This document shows, in pieces, positions 38,604-47,401 of a DNA stretch of 64,000 bases. Origin of the DNA: Bordetella parapertussis (GTDB lineage: Bacteria; Pseudomonadota; Gammaproteobacteria; Burkholderiales; SG8-41). The notes under the pieces were generated by a model that did no database searches, was not told the origin of the DNA, and was given only the letters and a program-made list of their open reading frames with translations. Position 1 is the first letter of the stretch; each line of letters opens with the position of its first letter. A program made the translations under genes and the position numbers. The stretch covers positions 3,471 to 67,470 of the forward strand of contig CAMDLH010000007.1 in NCBI GenBank assembly GCA_945901405.1. The letters are read 5' to 3'.

Positions 38604-39593
38604 CTACGGTGCGCGCCCGCACTCGAACTCCACAAACATCTGCCGCGTCTCGCTCAGCCATCGCTGTGTGATGACGGGCGGCTTGTGCATGACAAACGAG
38701 GGCGCAAACTCAGTGCGAAAACAACGCGGCGGCACTTGTCCGGTCGCGGGGTCGATCATCTTCAGCGCTTCGTCGATTTCACGAATGATGTCCGGCGTGT
38801 TCTCGCGCAATTGCGCGCGAGTACCCGCATGGAAGTTGCTTTCAAGCGTGGAGCGCTGCGAATCGAGCATGTACGCGATATTGCCGCCGCACAGGATGTC
38901 GCTCGCACCAGCGGCGAAATCGCGCGCGCCGGGCTGGCTTGTGACGGGCGTGAAGGCCTGCTGCTTTTCCTTGCCGTTGATGTCCGCACCCGTATACACC
39001 GCGGCAAGCTCGCCGTCGATGTACTCCAGCCGATGCGTGGCTTCGCGCACCATGTGCATCTGCCGCATGTAAAGACGAATTTCCGCCACGCTGCGCGCGG
39101 GCGCCACGCGCGCGCCGGGACGCGGGTCGATGCCGTCTAGCCATAGCGGCGTCCAGCCGCACGGCATGCGCAGTTCGCCATTGAGATACGGCTGGCGAAA
39201 CGCGCCGCACCCGCTGTTGATGTGTATGGTGTGGTAATCGCCGCGCGCGAGTACACGCTTGAAAATCTCGCGACCCGGCACCGGCACGAGCCGGCATTCC
39301 TCCAGCGCCGCCTGATAACGCATCGGGCGGATCAGGTTCCAGCCGTCGGCCGTGGTCAGCGGATAAGGGTTCGCCTCAAATTCCTTGCCGCGCTGATTGT
39401 CGGCGCGCAACGGCTCAAAACGCTCCGGTCGCGTGAAAATGTAGTCGGCGGTATACGGCGCCGTCGAATACAGCCCATAGGCATTTCCGTTCACCATCGG
39501 CACCAGCCATTCGAAATCGAGAAACCACTCGGTCTGTCCCAGCGCGGGGTTTTGTATGGCGACTTCTATCTCATCCGCGGTGATGGCCGACAT
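38604..39593 (-). CDS. Hypothetical protein (329 aa), no family recognised
   Basis: Long ORF with coding-like composition and no competing annotated frame. Divergent from the TcuA-like operon. Start is uncertain (ATG 39593 or TTG 39626, neither with a clear SD). Confidence 0.6.
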   Translation of the reverse strand: MSAITADEIEVAIQNPALGQTEWFLDFEWLVPMVNGNAYGLYSTAPYTADYIFTRPERFEPLRADNQRGKEFEANPYPLTTADGWNLIRPMRYQAALEECRLVPVPGREIFKRVLARGDYHTIHINSGCGAFRQPYLNGELRMPCGWTPLWLDGIDPRPGARVAPARSVAEIRLYMRQMHMVREATHRLEYIDGELAAVYTGADINGKEKQQAFTPVTSQPGARDFAAGASDILCGGNIAYMLDSQRSTLESNFHAGTRAQLRENTPDIIREIDEALKMIDPATGQVPPRCFRTEFAPSFVMHKPPVITQRWLSETRQMFVEFECGRAP

Positions 39594-39743
39594 GGGTACA
39601 CAAGTTGAAATTATTCGAGAGGCCAACGCGCGATCATATGGACTGCGCGGCCGACCCGTCAGCGCATGCCGGTTTCACGCCATTGTATAATTCCTCACCC
39701 GTGCGGCGCTTATATACTCGTTTGCGCGCGCTCGCCGAAAAAC

Positions 39744-39763
39744 TTTAAGTTATTGTTTTTAAA
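39744..39763 (+). promoter_or_regulatory. AT-rich 20-mer motif instance (TTTAAGTTATTGTTTTTAAA)
   Basis: Ends 9 nt before the ATG 39772 and is contiguous with the SD AAAGGA. A perfect TATAAT sits upstream at about 39685-39690. Confidence 0.5.
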
Positions 39764-39771
39764 GGATATTT

Positions 39772-41289
39772 ATGAGTCTCCCAGATTTTGGAACACCCGA
39801 CATCATCGTTGTTGGCGCGGGCAATGCCGCCGCCAGCGCGGCACTTGCAGCACGTGAACAAGGTGCAAGCGTGATCATGCTTGAAGCCGCCCCCATCGAC
39901 GATTGCGGCGGCAACAGCCGTTACACGGGCGGACTGATGCGCGTGGTGTTCAACAACGTCGATGAGTTGGCCGAGATCATCCCCGAGCTCACCGAGGAAG
40001 AAAAGAAAACCCACGACTACGGCTCCTACACCGCCGATGCTTACTTTGACGACATGGCGCGCATCACGCAGGAGCAGACCGACCCTGATCTGTGCGAAAT
40101 CCTTATTCGCCGCAGCTACGAAACCATCGTCTGGCTGCGCAAGAAAGGCGTGAAGTTCCAGGCGAGCTACGGACGTCAATCGTATAAGGTTGATAACGGC
40201 ACGCGCTACAAATTCTGGGGCGGTCTGGCTGCCGAAACATGGGGCGGCGGCGAAGGCCTGGTTGCCAACGAGCATAAAGCCTGCGAGCGCGACGGCGTCA
40301 AGATTTTTTACGAGACCCCCGCGATATCGCTGCTCACCGACAACGACAACAACGTGCTCGGCGTGCGCGCGCGTCACAAAGGCAAGAACGTCGACATCAA
40401 GGCCAAGGCGGTAATCCTCGCCTGTGGCGGCTTTGAATCCAGCGCGGAAATGCGCGCGCGTTATCTCGGCCCCGGCTGGGATTTGGCGCACGTGCGCGGC
40501 ACGCGTTACAACACCGGCCTCGGCATCAAGATGGCTCTCGACATCGGCGCCATGGCGTATGGTCACTGGTCGGGCTGTCATGCCGTGGGCTGGGATCGCA
40601 ACTCGCCGCCGTTTGGCGACTTGGCGGTGGGTGATCAGTTCCAGAAGCATAGCTACCCGTGGGGCATCATGATCAACGCTGACGGCAAGCGCTTTTGCGA
40701 CGAGGGCGCGGATTTTCGCAACTACACCTACGCCAAGTACGGCAAAGTTATTTTGAATCAGCCCGGCATGTTCGCGTGGCAGGTGTTCGACGCGAAAATC
40801 ATCCCCGCGCTGCGCGACGAGTATCGTATCAAGCGCGTAACCAAGGTGCGCGCCAACACGCTTGAAGAACTGTGCAAGATGATGGATGGCGTGAACCCCG
40901 ACGCCGCATTGCGCGAGATCACCGAATACAACAAGGCCGTACAGCACGACAAGGAATTCAACATGGCGATCAAGGACGGCCGCCGCACCGTGGGCCTGCC
41001 GATCGACAAAACCAACTGGGCCAACACCGTCGACACCGCGCCGTTTGAAGCATACGCCGTGACCTGCGGCGTGACCTTCAGCTTCGGTGGTTTGAAAATC
41101 AGCACCGACCCGGCAACCGAGGGACAGGTGGAAGACACCGGCGGCCAACCGATCAAAGGTTTGTACGCAGCGGGTGAATTGGTCGGCGGCATTTTCTACC
41201 ACAACTATCCGGGCGGCACGGGGCTGACTTCCGGCGCGGTGTTTGGGAAGTTGTCGGGCACCACGGCGGGCAAGGCGGTTAAGGGCTAG
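39772..41289 (+). CDS. FAD-dependent dehydrogenase, tricarballylate dehydrogenase TcuA-like
   Basis: 505 aa. IIVVGAGNAAASAALAAREQGASVIMLEAAP...GGNSRYT parallels the remembered Salmonella TcuA N-terminus. C-terminal GLYAAGE is typical of the fumarate-reductase flavoprotein fold. Confidence 0.8.
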   Translation: MSLPDFGTPDIIVVGAGNAAASAALAAREQGASVIMLEAAPIDDCGGNSRYTGGLMRVVFNNVDELAEIIPELTEEEKKTHDYGSYTADAYFDDMARITQEQTDPDLCEILIRRSYETIVWLRKKGVKFQASYGRQSYKVDNGTRYKFWGGLAAETWGGGEGLVANEHKACERDGVKIFYETPAISLLTDNDNNVLGVRARHKGKNVDIKAKAVILACGGFESSAEMRARYLGPGWDLAHVRGTRYNTGLGIKMALDIGAMAYGHWSGCHAVGWDRNSPPFGDLAVGDQFQKHSYPWGIMINADGKRFCDEGADFRNYTYAKYGKVILNQPGMFAWQVFDAKIIPALRDEYRIKRVTKVRANTLEELCKMMDGVNPDAALREITEYNKAVQHDKEFNMAIKDGRRTVGLPIDKTNWANTVDTAPFEAYAVTCGVTFSFGGLKISTDPATEGQVEDTGGQPIKGLYAAGELVGGIFYHNYPGGTGLTSGAVFGKLSGTTAGKAVKG

Positions 41290-41386
41290 TTTTGAGTTGT
41301 GAGTGTTTAGTGTTGAGTTGAATCCTGGCGCGCGCCAAGCGCGCGCAAATTTCCAACTCAACACTCAAAACCAAACACTCAACACT
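41288..41386. repeat. Repeat-of-repeats palindrome P2 (GTGTTGAGT units)
   Basis: The left arm agttttgagttgtgagtgtttagtgttgagttg faces the right arm caactcaacactcaaaaccaaacactcaacact. The spacer contains the GC palindrome ggcgcgcgccaagcgcgcgc. Lies inside an operon gap. Confidence 0.85.
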
Positions 41387-41419
41387 TGTCGATTCAAGAA
41401 ACATAATCAGGAGAACCCC

Positions 41420-42199
41420 ATGAACGCTCCCGCAGTGCATATCAATAAATCCGTGCGCGAAATCGTCGGTGAAAAAGAGTGGGAAGTTCGTGTCAATCTT
41501 GCCGCGTGCTACCGCCTGATGGCCGAGTACGGCATGGTCGAGATGATCGCGAATCACATCTCCGCGCGCATCCCCGGCACCACCAATGAGTTCCTCATCA
41601 ACCCCTACGGCGTGTTGTATGAGGAAATCACCGCCTCCAGCCTGATCAAGATCGATCTCGACGGCAACGTGCTGTTCAACGCCACCGACTACGGCGTCAA
41701 TCAGGCGGGCTATGTGATCCACAGCGCGGTGCACGGCGCGCGTCACGATGTCGATTGCGTGATCCACACCCACACGCTCGCCGGCATGTCGGTATCCGCG
41801 CACAAGCAAGGGCTGCTGCCGATCGCGCAAAGCGCGATGCGCTTTGGCCACATCGCCTATCACGATTACGAAGGCCCGGCGCTGCGGCTGGACGAGCGCG
41901 AGCGCTTGGTGAACTCCCTCGGCGATGCCGAAGCCATGATCCTGCGCAACCACGGTTTACTCACCGTCGGCGACAGCATTGCCGAATGCTTCAACAACCA
42001 CTACCGCCTCGAACGCGCCTGCCAGTTGCAGGTGATGACGCTCTCGTGCGGCACCGAAATTCATTTGCCGCCGGAAGAAGTCGTGCAATCGACCTACGCC
42101 GGCTTTGCCAAACCCAACGCCATGCGCCGCCGCGGGTTGCTCGAATGGCCGTCGCTGTTGAGAAAGCTGGATCGGATTGATCCTAGCTACGCGTCTTAG
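41420..42199 (+). CDS. Class II aldolase/adducin-domain protein
   Basis: ATG 41420 follows AGGAGAA. NHISARIP, HSAVHGARHDVDCVIHTHT (metal-binding His cluster) and LRNHGLLTVG are present. Confidence 0.85.
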   Translation: MNAPAVHINKSVREIVGEKEWEVRVNLAACYRLMAEYGMVEMIANHISARIPGTTNEFLINPYGVLYEEITASSLIKIDLDGNVLFNATDYGVNQAGYVIHSAVHGARHDVDCVIHTHTLAGMSVSAHKQGLLPIAQSAMRFGHIAYHDYEGPALRLDERERLVNSLGDAEAMILRNHGLLTVGDSIAECFNNHYRLERACQLQVMTLSCGTEIHLPPEEVVQSTYAGFAKPNAMRRRGLLEWPSLLRKLDRIDPSYAS

Positions 42200-42204
42200 A
42201 AATT

Positions 42205-42281
42205 CGTGAGGCGTTAGGCGTGAGGCGTAACCCCTCCGCGCGGTGGTTTTTCTCCTCACGCTTCACGCCTCAACCCTCACG
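42205..42281. repeat. Repeat-of-repeats palindrome P3 (GTGAGGCG units)
   Basis: The left arm cgtgaggcgttaggcgtgaggcg faces the right arm ctcctcacgcttcacgcctcaaccctcacg. Lies between the aldolase stop and the cupin start. Confidence 0.8.
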
Positions 42282-42298
42282 CTTTAAGGAGCCATGCC

Positions 42299-42760
42299 AT
42301 GGAAGTCAAATCCACCCTCAAAGTCGTCAACATCAAGGAAATCAAAGGCGCCGAAGGCGTGATCCCCGAGCAAAGCATGCGGCGCTTGATCGGCTGCCCG
42401 GAAATCCCCACCGACCGCCTGCGCGTCGGCCACGCGAGCTACACGCCCGGCTCAAAAGAAGAACTGCACTGGCACCCGATCGAAGCGTTTTATTACATCC
42501 TCTCCGGCCACGCCACCGTGCGCGACATCGAAGGCAAAGAGTACGAAGTCAGCGCCGGCTCGTTCCTCTATTGCCCGCCCGGCATCGCCGGCGCGCACGA
42601 GTGGGAAGTGAAGGAATCACTCGAACTGTTGGCGATACGCGGCTCGACGGAATCGAACAAGAAAATGCAATTCACCGTGGACAAAACGACCAAGCGTTCG
42701 TATATCGATCTGGAAGAGCTTGCCAAGCGGGATGCAATTAGTTTTAAGTCGCACTACTGA
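42299..42760 (+). CDS. Cupin domain protein
   Basis: 153 aa. The two-His cupin motif HWHPIEAFYYILSG is present, and an SD AAGGAG lies upstream. Confidence 0.8.
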   Translation: MEVKSTLKVVNIKEIKGAEGVIPEQSMRRLIGCPEIPTDRLRVGHASYTPGSKEELHWHPIEAFYYILSGHATVRDIEGKEYEVSAGSFLYCPPGIAGAHEWEVKESLELLAIRGSTESNKKMQFTVDKTTKRSYIDLEELAKRDAISFKSHY

Positions 42761-42772
42761 TTGGCCGGCAAA

Positions 42773-42992
42773 CGTAGGTTGGCGCTGAGCCCGCGAAGCC
42801 CAACACAATCACAGGTCGATGTTTGTCCGTGAGCAACCCGGAAATTCTCCACGGTCTTAATTGTAGGATGGGTGAAATCCATCGCAATGCGATTTTCCGC
42901 ACCAAGCAAAGTAACGATTCAGTATTGATACCTGCACCGCGCCAACAATTGGGAATGAAATTGTGTTTGTGATGGGTTTCACCCATCCTACG
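42773..42992. repeat. REP family 2 region (GTAGGATGGGTGAAA..CCCATC), with a variant unit
   Basis: The variant cgtaggttggcgctgagcccgcgaagcccaac lies at 42773-42804. The inverted pair is tgtaggatgggtgaaatccatcgc (42862-42885) and gatgggtttcacccatcctacg (42971-42992). Confidence 0.8.
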
Positions 42993-43021
42993 TGTTGTTT
43001 AACGAAATCACAGGAGACATC

Positions 43022-43873
43022 ATGGGCAGGCTTGATAAACGTGTAGCCATAGTCACCGGCGCCAGCCGAGGCATCGGCAAGGAAATCGCGACACTCTTCG
43101 CCAAGGAAGGCGCAAAAATCGTGTGCGCGGCGCGCACGCTGAACGAAGGCGATCACCGCATGTTGTCCGGCTCGCTCGCGAATACCGTGAAGCAAATCAA
43201 GGATGCCGGCGGTCAGGCGATTGCCGTAGCAGTGGATGTGTCAAACGAAGCCGACTGTCAGAAACTGGTGAAGGCCGCCGAGGATGCTTTCGGCACGGTG
43301 GATATACTCGTCAACGATGCGGCGCTCACCTATTACAAACCCATCATCGATTACAGCGTGAAAAATTGGGTGAAAGCGTTCGCGGTCAACGTGCACGGCC
43401 CGTTCATGCTGTCGCAACTGGTGTTGCCGGGCATGATCAGGTTGAAGCGCGGTTCCATCGTGAATATTTCCTCCGGCTCCGCCATCGGGCCGGGCCGCAC
43501 GCCGTTCAAGGACGCGCGCCCCGTCAACGGCGGCACCATGTACGGCTCGACCAAGGCGGCGCTGGAGCGCTTCACGCAAGGCTTGGCGCAGGAAGTCGCC
43601 GAACACAACATCGCCGTCACCGCGCTGTCGCCATCGCAAGTGGTGGCGACACCCGGCACGATTTATCACAAGATCGCCTCGGGCATCGACGACCCGCGCG
43701 CCGAGCCGCCGTCATACATGGCGCGCGCGGCGCTGTTGCTGGCGAGCGAACCTGCTGACAAAGTGAATGGCCGCGTGACCTACAGCCAGGAGCTATTGGG
43801 CGAGTACGGTTTGCTCGACAAACCCACCGGGCGCGGGGTTACGACCAAGGGTTCGGGTTACTCCCAGATTTGA
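43022..43873 (+). CDS. Short-chain dehydrogenase/reductase (SDR)
   Basis: ATG 43022 follows CAGGAG. TGASRGIG cofactor motif, NISS and the YGSTK catalytic motif are present. Confidence 0.9.
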   Translation: MGRLDKRVAIVTGASRGIGKEIATLFAKEGAKIVCAARTLNEGDHRMLSGSLANTVKQIKDAGGQAIAVAVDVSNEADCQKLVKAAEDAFGTVDILVNDAALTYYKPIIDYSVKNWVKAFAVNVHGPFMLSQLVLPGMIRLKRGSIVNISSGSAIGPGRTPFKDARPVNGGTMYGSTKAALERFTQGLAQEVAEHNIAVTALSPSQVVATPGTIYHKIASGIDDPRAEPPSYMARAALLLASEPADKVNGRVTYSQELLGEYGLLDKPTGRGVTTKGSGYSQI

Positions 43874-43913
43874 TGGCGCCACCGCCACTTCTAGCGAAAT
43901 TGAACGAAATCAT

Positions 43914-43958
43914 GGTTTATCCTGCAAATCGTCAAAAATCGAACTTGCAGGATAAACC
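43914..43958. terminator. 14-bp perfect-stem hairpin between convergent SDR and Bug genes
   Basis: GGTTTATCCTGCAA-N17-TTGCAGGATAAACC. There is no strong U tract, so function as a bidirectional terminator is inferred. Confidence 0.55.
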
Positions 43959-43960
43959 GC

Positions 43961-44917
43961 CTAATCTGGTTTGATCCCCGCCGCACGCACCACACCCGCC
44001 CACTTCGCCGTTTCGTTGCGGATGTAGGCCGCGAACTCCGCGGGCGTACTTGCTGCGGGCTCCACACCGATCATCTTGAATTTGTCCAGCATCGCGGGCG
44101 CAGCCAGCGCTTTGTGGATGGCGCCGTTAAGCCGCGCCACGATGCCACGCGGCACGCCCGCGGGCACGATGATGCCCCCCCATGCTGTGACTTCGAAGCC
44201 CGGCAGCGTCTCGGCGACCGCCGGCAAATCAGGAAACGCCGCGCTGCGTTTCAGGCTCGTCACCGCGATGCCGCGTATGCGCCCGCTGCGCACATATTGT
44301 TCGAGTGCCGCGATGCCATTGAATGTGATATGCACCTGCCCCAGTGTCATCGCGGGTATCGCCTGCACACCGAGAAACACCACCGGCTTGATTTGCGTGC
44401 CCGCCAACTGGTTGAACATCTGTCCGGCCAGATAGTAGGTGGTGCTCATGGTGCCGCTGCCGTAGACGAGCGTGCCGGGGTTTTTCTTCGCGTGATCGAT
44501 AAGTTCCGGCACGGTTTTGACCGGTAGTGTTAGCGCGCCCGCCAGCATGATTTCGGTGTGCGATATCAACGACACCGGCTGAAAGTCACGATCCAGATCG
44601 TACGGTAATTTTGCTATCGTGCTGCGCGCTATCGCCAGCGACGCGGTGTTGCCATAACCAATCGTGTAGCCATCGGGTGTCGCACGCGCGAGCAATTGTT
44701 TGCCCATTGAGCCGCCCGCGCCGCTGCGGTTATCAACAACAAATTGCCTGCCCAATTGATTCGTCAATTCCGCCACAAGCAAACGCACATTGGTATCGGG
44801 CGCGCTACCCGCGGCAGCGCCCACGATCACGCGCACGGGCCGCTCCGGGTACTCCGCGGCCGCATTGCCCGCATGCAGCGCCAGCACTGAGAAAATATAG
44901 CCGGCGGTTCTCGTCAT
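43961..44917 (-). CDS. Divergent Bug-family solute-binding protein (paralogue a of a tandem pair)
   Basis: ATG 44917 overlaps the upstream TGA (ATGA). Overall Bug architecture, but VIVGAAAGSAPD replaces PFPAGGSTD and VVFLGVQAIPA replaces VPYKGGGPA. Confidence 0.85.
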   Translation of the reverse strand: MTRTAGYIFSVLALHAGNAAAEYPERPVRVIVGAAAGSAPDTNVRLLVAELTNQLGRQFVVDNRSGAGGSMGKQLLARATPDGYTIGYGNTASLAIARSTIAKLPYDLDRDFQPVSLISHTEIMLAGALTLPVKTVPELIDHAKKNPGTLVYGSGTMSTTYYLAGQMFNQLAGTQIKPVVFLGVQAIPAMTLGQVHITFNGIAALEQYVRSGRIRGIAVTSLKRSAAFPDLPAVAETLPGFEVTAWGGIIVPAGVPRGIVARLNGAIHKALAAPAMLDKFKMIGVEPAASTPAEFAAYIRNETAKWAGVVRAAGIKPD

Positions 44918-45864
44918 TCCGGCTTGATACCGGCTTTCTTGACCACCTCCGCCCACTTCGCGATTTCTTTCTTGATGTGCGCGGCGAATTGTTCGGGCGT
45001 GCCGCCGGCCGATTCGAGATCAATCAGCTTGTATTTCTCGACAACCGCGGGCGACGCCAGCGCTTTGTTGATGGCGGCGTTAAGTTGCGCGACGATCTGC
45101 CTGGGCGCACCGGCGGGCGCGATGATGCCGCCCCACGCCACGACTTCATAACCCGGCAGCGTCTCGGCGATGGTGGGTACTGCCGGGAACGCCGCCGAAC
45201 GCTTGGCGCCGGTGACCGCGATCGCGCGTATGCGGCCTGAACGAACGAATTGTTCGAGCGCGGAAACGCTGTTGAAGGTGATGTGTACTTGCCCCATCGC
45301 CATCGCCGGAATCACCTGCACGCCCAGAAACGACACCGCCCTGATCTGCGTGCCCGCCATCTGATTGAACAGTTGCCCGCTCAAATACTGCGTTGAACTG
45401 ACGGTCGCGCCGCCATACACAACCTTGCCCGGATTTTTTTTCGCGTAATCGATGAGCTCTGGCACGGTCTTGACCGCCAGCGACGGCGCGCCCGCCAGCA
45501 GATTGGCCGAATGCGAAATCATCGATATCGGCTGAAAATCACGCTCCGGATCGTAAGGGAGTTTGGCGATGGCGCTCTTCGCGATGGCCAGCGAGGCGAC
45601 GTTGCCATAGCCGATGGTGTAGCCATCGGCCGTGGCACGCGCGAGCAACGCGGTGCCTATCGAGCCGCCCGCGCCGCCGCGATTGTCGACGATGAACTGC
45701 TGCCCCAGCTGGCTGGTCAGCGCGGTGGTGAGCACGCGCGAATTGATGTCGGGCGCGCTGCCCGCCACTGCCGCAACGATGAAACGCACCGGGCGTTCTG
45801 GATAAGCAGCCATCGCGCCACTTGCAACCACGCTCAACACTACCGCGCTCAAAATACGTTTCAT
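44914..45864 (-). CDS. Divergent Bug-family solute-binding protein (paralogue b of a tandem pair)
   Basis: ATG 45864 follows GGAGAA. About 70 percent identical by eye to 43961..44917, with the same motif substitutions (FIVAAVAGSAPD, VSFLGVQVIPA). Confidence 0.85.
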   Translation of the reverse strand: MKRILSAVVLSVVASGAMAAYPERPVRFIVAAVAGSAPDINSRVLTTALTSQLGQQFIVDNRGGAGGSIGTALLARATADGYTIGYGNVASLAIAKSAIAKLPYDPERDFQPISMISHSANLLAGAPSLAVKTVPELIDYAKKNPGKVVYGGATVSSTQYLSGQLFNQMAGTQIRAVSFLGVQVIPAMAMGQVHITFNSVSALEQFVRSGRIRAIAVTGAKRSAAFPAVPTIAETLPGYEVVAWGGIIAPAGAPRQIVAQLNAAINKALASPAVVEKYKLIDLESAGGTPEQFAAHIKKEIAKWAEVVKKAGIKPE

Positions 45865-45875
45865 GATTTCTCCGT

Positions 45876-46919
45876 TTACTCTGCCCGCACGCCGGCAGCC
45901 TTCACTACCCTGCCCCATTTTTCGGTCTCAAGCGAAATATACGCCGCAAACTGCTCCGGCGTGCTGCCAACCACGTCGCCACCTTCCTCGGTGAGCCGCA
46001 TGCGCACGACGGGGATTTGCAGCACCGCGCTGATTTCCTTGAAGAGCACCGCGGCGACGGGCTTGGGCGTTTTCGCCGGCAGCAGCACGCCATACCATTG
46101 CATGGCCTCGAATCCGGGCACGCCGGCCTCCGCCACCGTCGGCACTTCGGGCAGCACGTGCGAGCGCAGCGGGCCGCTGACACCGAGCGCGCGCACGCGG
46201 CCCGATCTGACATGCGGCAGCGTGGGCACGATGTTGTTCATGGCCAACTGCACCAGGCCCGCGATGAGATCAATCGCCGCCGGCGCGCTGCCGCGGTACG
46301 GCACGTGCACCACGTTTACACCCGTCATGTTCTTGAAAAGCTCCATCGCAAGATGCGACACGGAGCCCAGGCCCGACGACGCGTAGCTGTACTTCTTCGG
46401 ATTCGCCTTGAGCAGCGGTATCAGTTCGCCCACCGACTTCGCCGGCAGCGCCGGGTTCACCGCCAGCACGAACGGCGCGCGGCTCACCTGCATCAGCGCG
46501 ATGAAATCGCGCTTCACGTCGTAAGGCACCGCGTGCAGCGCCGGATTGACCGCGATCGCGCTGCCGGTGTTGATCAGCAGCGTGTAGCCGTCGGGATTGG
46601 ACTTCGCCACCAACTCGGCCCCGATCACGCCGCCCGCGCCGGGACGGTTGTCAACGATCACCGCCTGGCCAAAGCGCTCCGCGAGTTTTTCGGACAACGT
46701 GCGCGCCACCAGATCAGAGCCGCCGCCGGGCGCCGAGCCGGTTACAAGACGCACGGGTTTCACCGGATACTTCAGACCATCGGCGGCGAAAGCGGGAACA
46801 TCCATCGCCAGCAGAAATGCCGCGGGTAAAATCGCGCGAATACGATGGGTGCTAAATAAATGCGATGCTGCTGGCCGCCGCCGATACGACGTAGCAGCGT
46901 TCGATGTTCGATTCGGCAT
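45876..46919 (-). CDS. Bug/TctC-family solute-binding protein, start uncertain
   Basis: Canonical YPVKPVRLVTGSAPGGGSD, DNRPGAGG and VPYRGSAPA. The only canonical start that keeps the leader (ILPAAFLLAMDVPAFA) is ATG 46919, which overlaps the 3' end of the upstream gene by 68 nt. Confidence 0.8.
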   Translation of the reverse strand: MPNRTSNAATSYRRRPAASHLFSTHRIRAILPAAFLLAMDVPAFAADGLKYPVKPVRLVTGSAPGGGSDLVARTLSEKLAERFGQAVIVDNRPGAGGVIGAELVAKSNPDGYTLLINTGSAIAVNPALHAVPYDVKRDFIALMQVSRAPFVLAVNPALPAKSVGELIPLLKANPKKYSYASSGLGSVSHLAMELFKNMTGVNVVHVPYRGSAPAAIDLIAGLVQLAMNNIVPTLPHVRSGRVRALGVSGPLRSHVLPEVPTVAEAGVPGFEAMQWYGVLLPAKTPKPVAAVLFKEISAVLQIPVVRMRLTEEGGDVVGSTPEQFAAYISLETEKWGRVVKAAGVRAE

Positions 46920-47250
46920 CAGCCGGCGCAAGAAAAAATCCGGGCCGGCCGCGCTGATAGCCCTGCGTGGTTCCCACGAGTTCCTCGCCATCCTTGAAGA
47001 TGACGCGAATTTTTCGTCCCAGCGGACGCCTCGATTGATCAAACTCCTTGCGCTCATTGTGTTTTGAATCTCCAGCAAAATCCTTGACGAAAAATAGCGC
47101 CTTCAGGTCCGCAACAACCAACTCCTCGGCCTTGGCCTCCGGCGCGGACTCGTTCACGGCAATATGAAAGCGCGCCTTGTCGGGCGCGAAATCATTGGTG
47201 AGACCCTTGATTGTTCGTCCATCCGAAACACGGGCCACGACTCTGTTCAT
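46852..47250 (-). CDS. Conserved hypothetical protein (132 aa)
   Basis: Clean ATG ORF. I recall the pattern KGLTNDF.P....FH......LKALFFVKDF.G.......F......GRKIRV.F.DGE.LVGTT.GY...RPGFF..PAD..SN..R.YV as a widespread uncharacterised bacterial family. No family number is asserted. Confidence 0.65.
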   Translation of the reverse strand: MNRVVARVSDGRTIKGLTNDFAPDKARFHIAVNESAPEAKAEELVVADLKALFFVKDFAGDSKHNERKEFDQSRRPLGRKIRVIFKDGEELVGTTQGYQRGRPGFFLAPADAESNIERCYVVSAAASSIAFI

Positions 47251-47401
47251 GGATGCCTCCAGCGACGGCGCTACGATGCGGCAAGCATCCCGCCGTTAGG
47301 TGCGGGTGTCAAGGCGTTTGATGACGGCGCTTGACGGCGCGCAATGCGTGCCAGCGGCGCCCGCGGACACAGGTCGGCTACAATGCCGCGCTTCCGGCAA
47401 T

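Noticed and set aside
46880-46919. SYRRRPAAS in the extended N-terminus of the Bug gene at 45876 could be a Tat signal.
   Set aside because: It does not match the S/T-R-R-x-F-L-K pattern, and the other Bug paralogues use ordinary Sec-type leaders.
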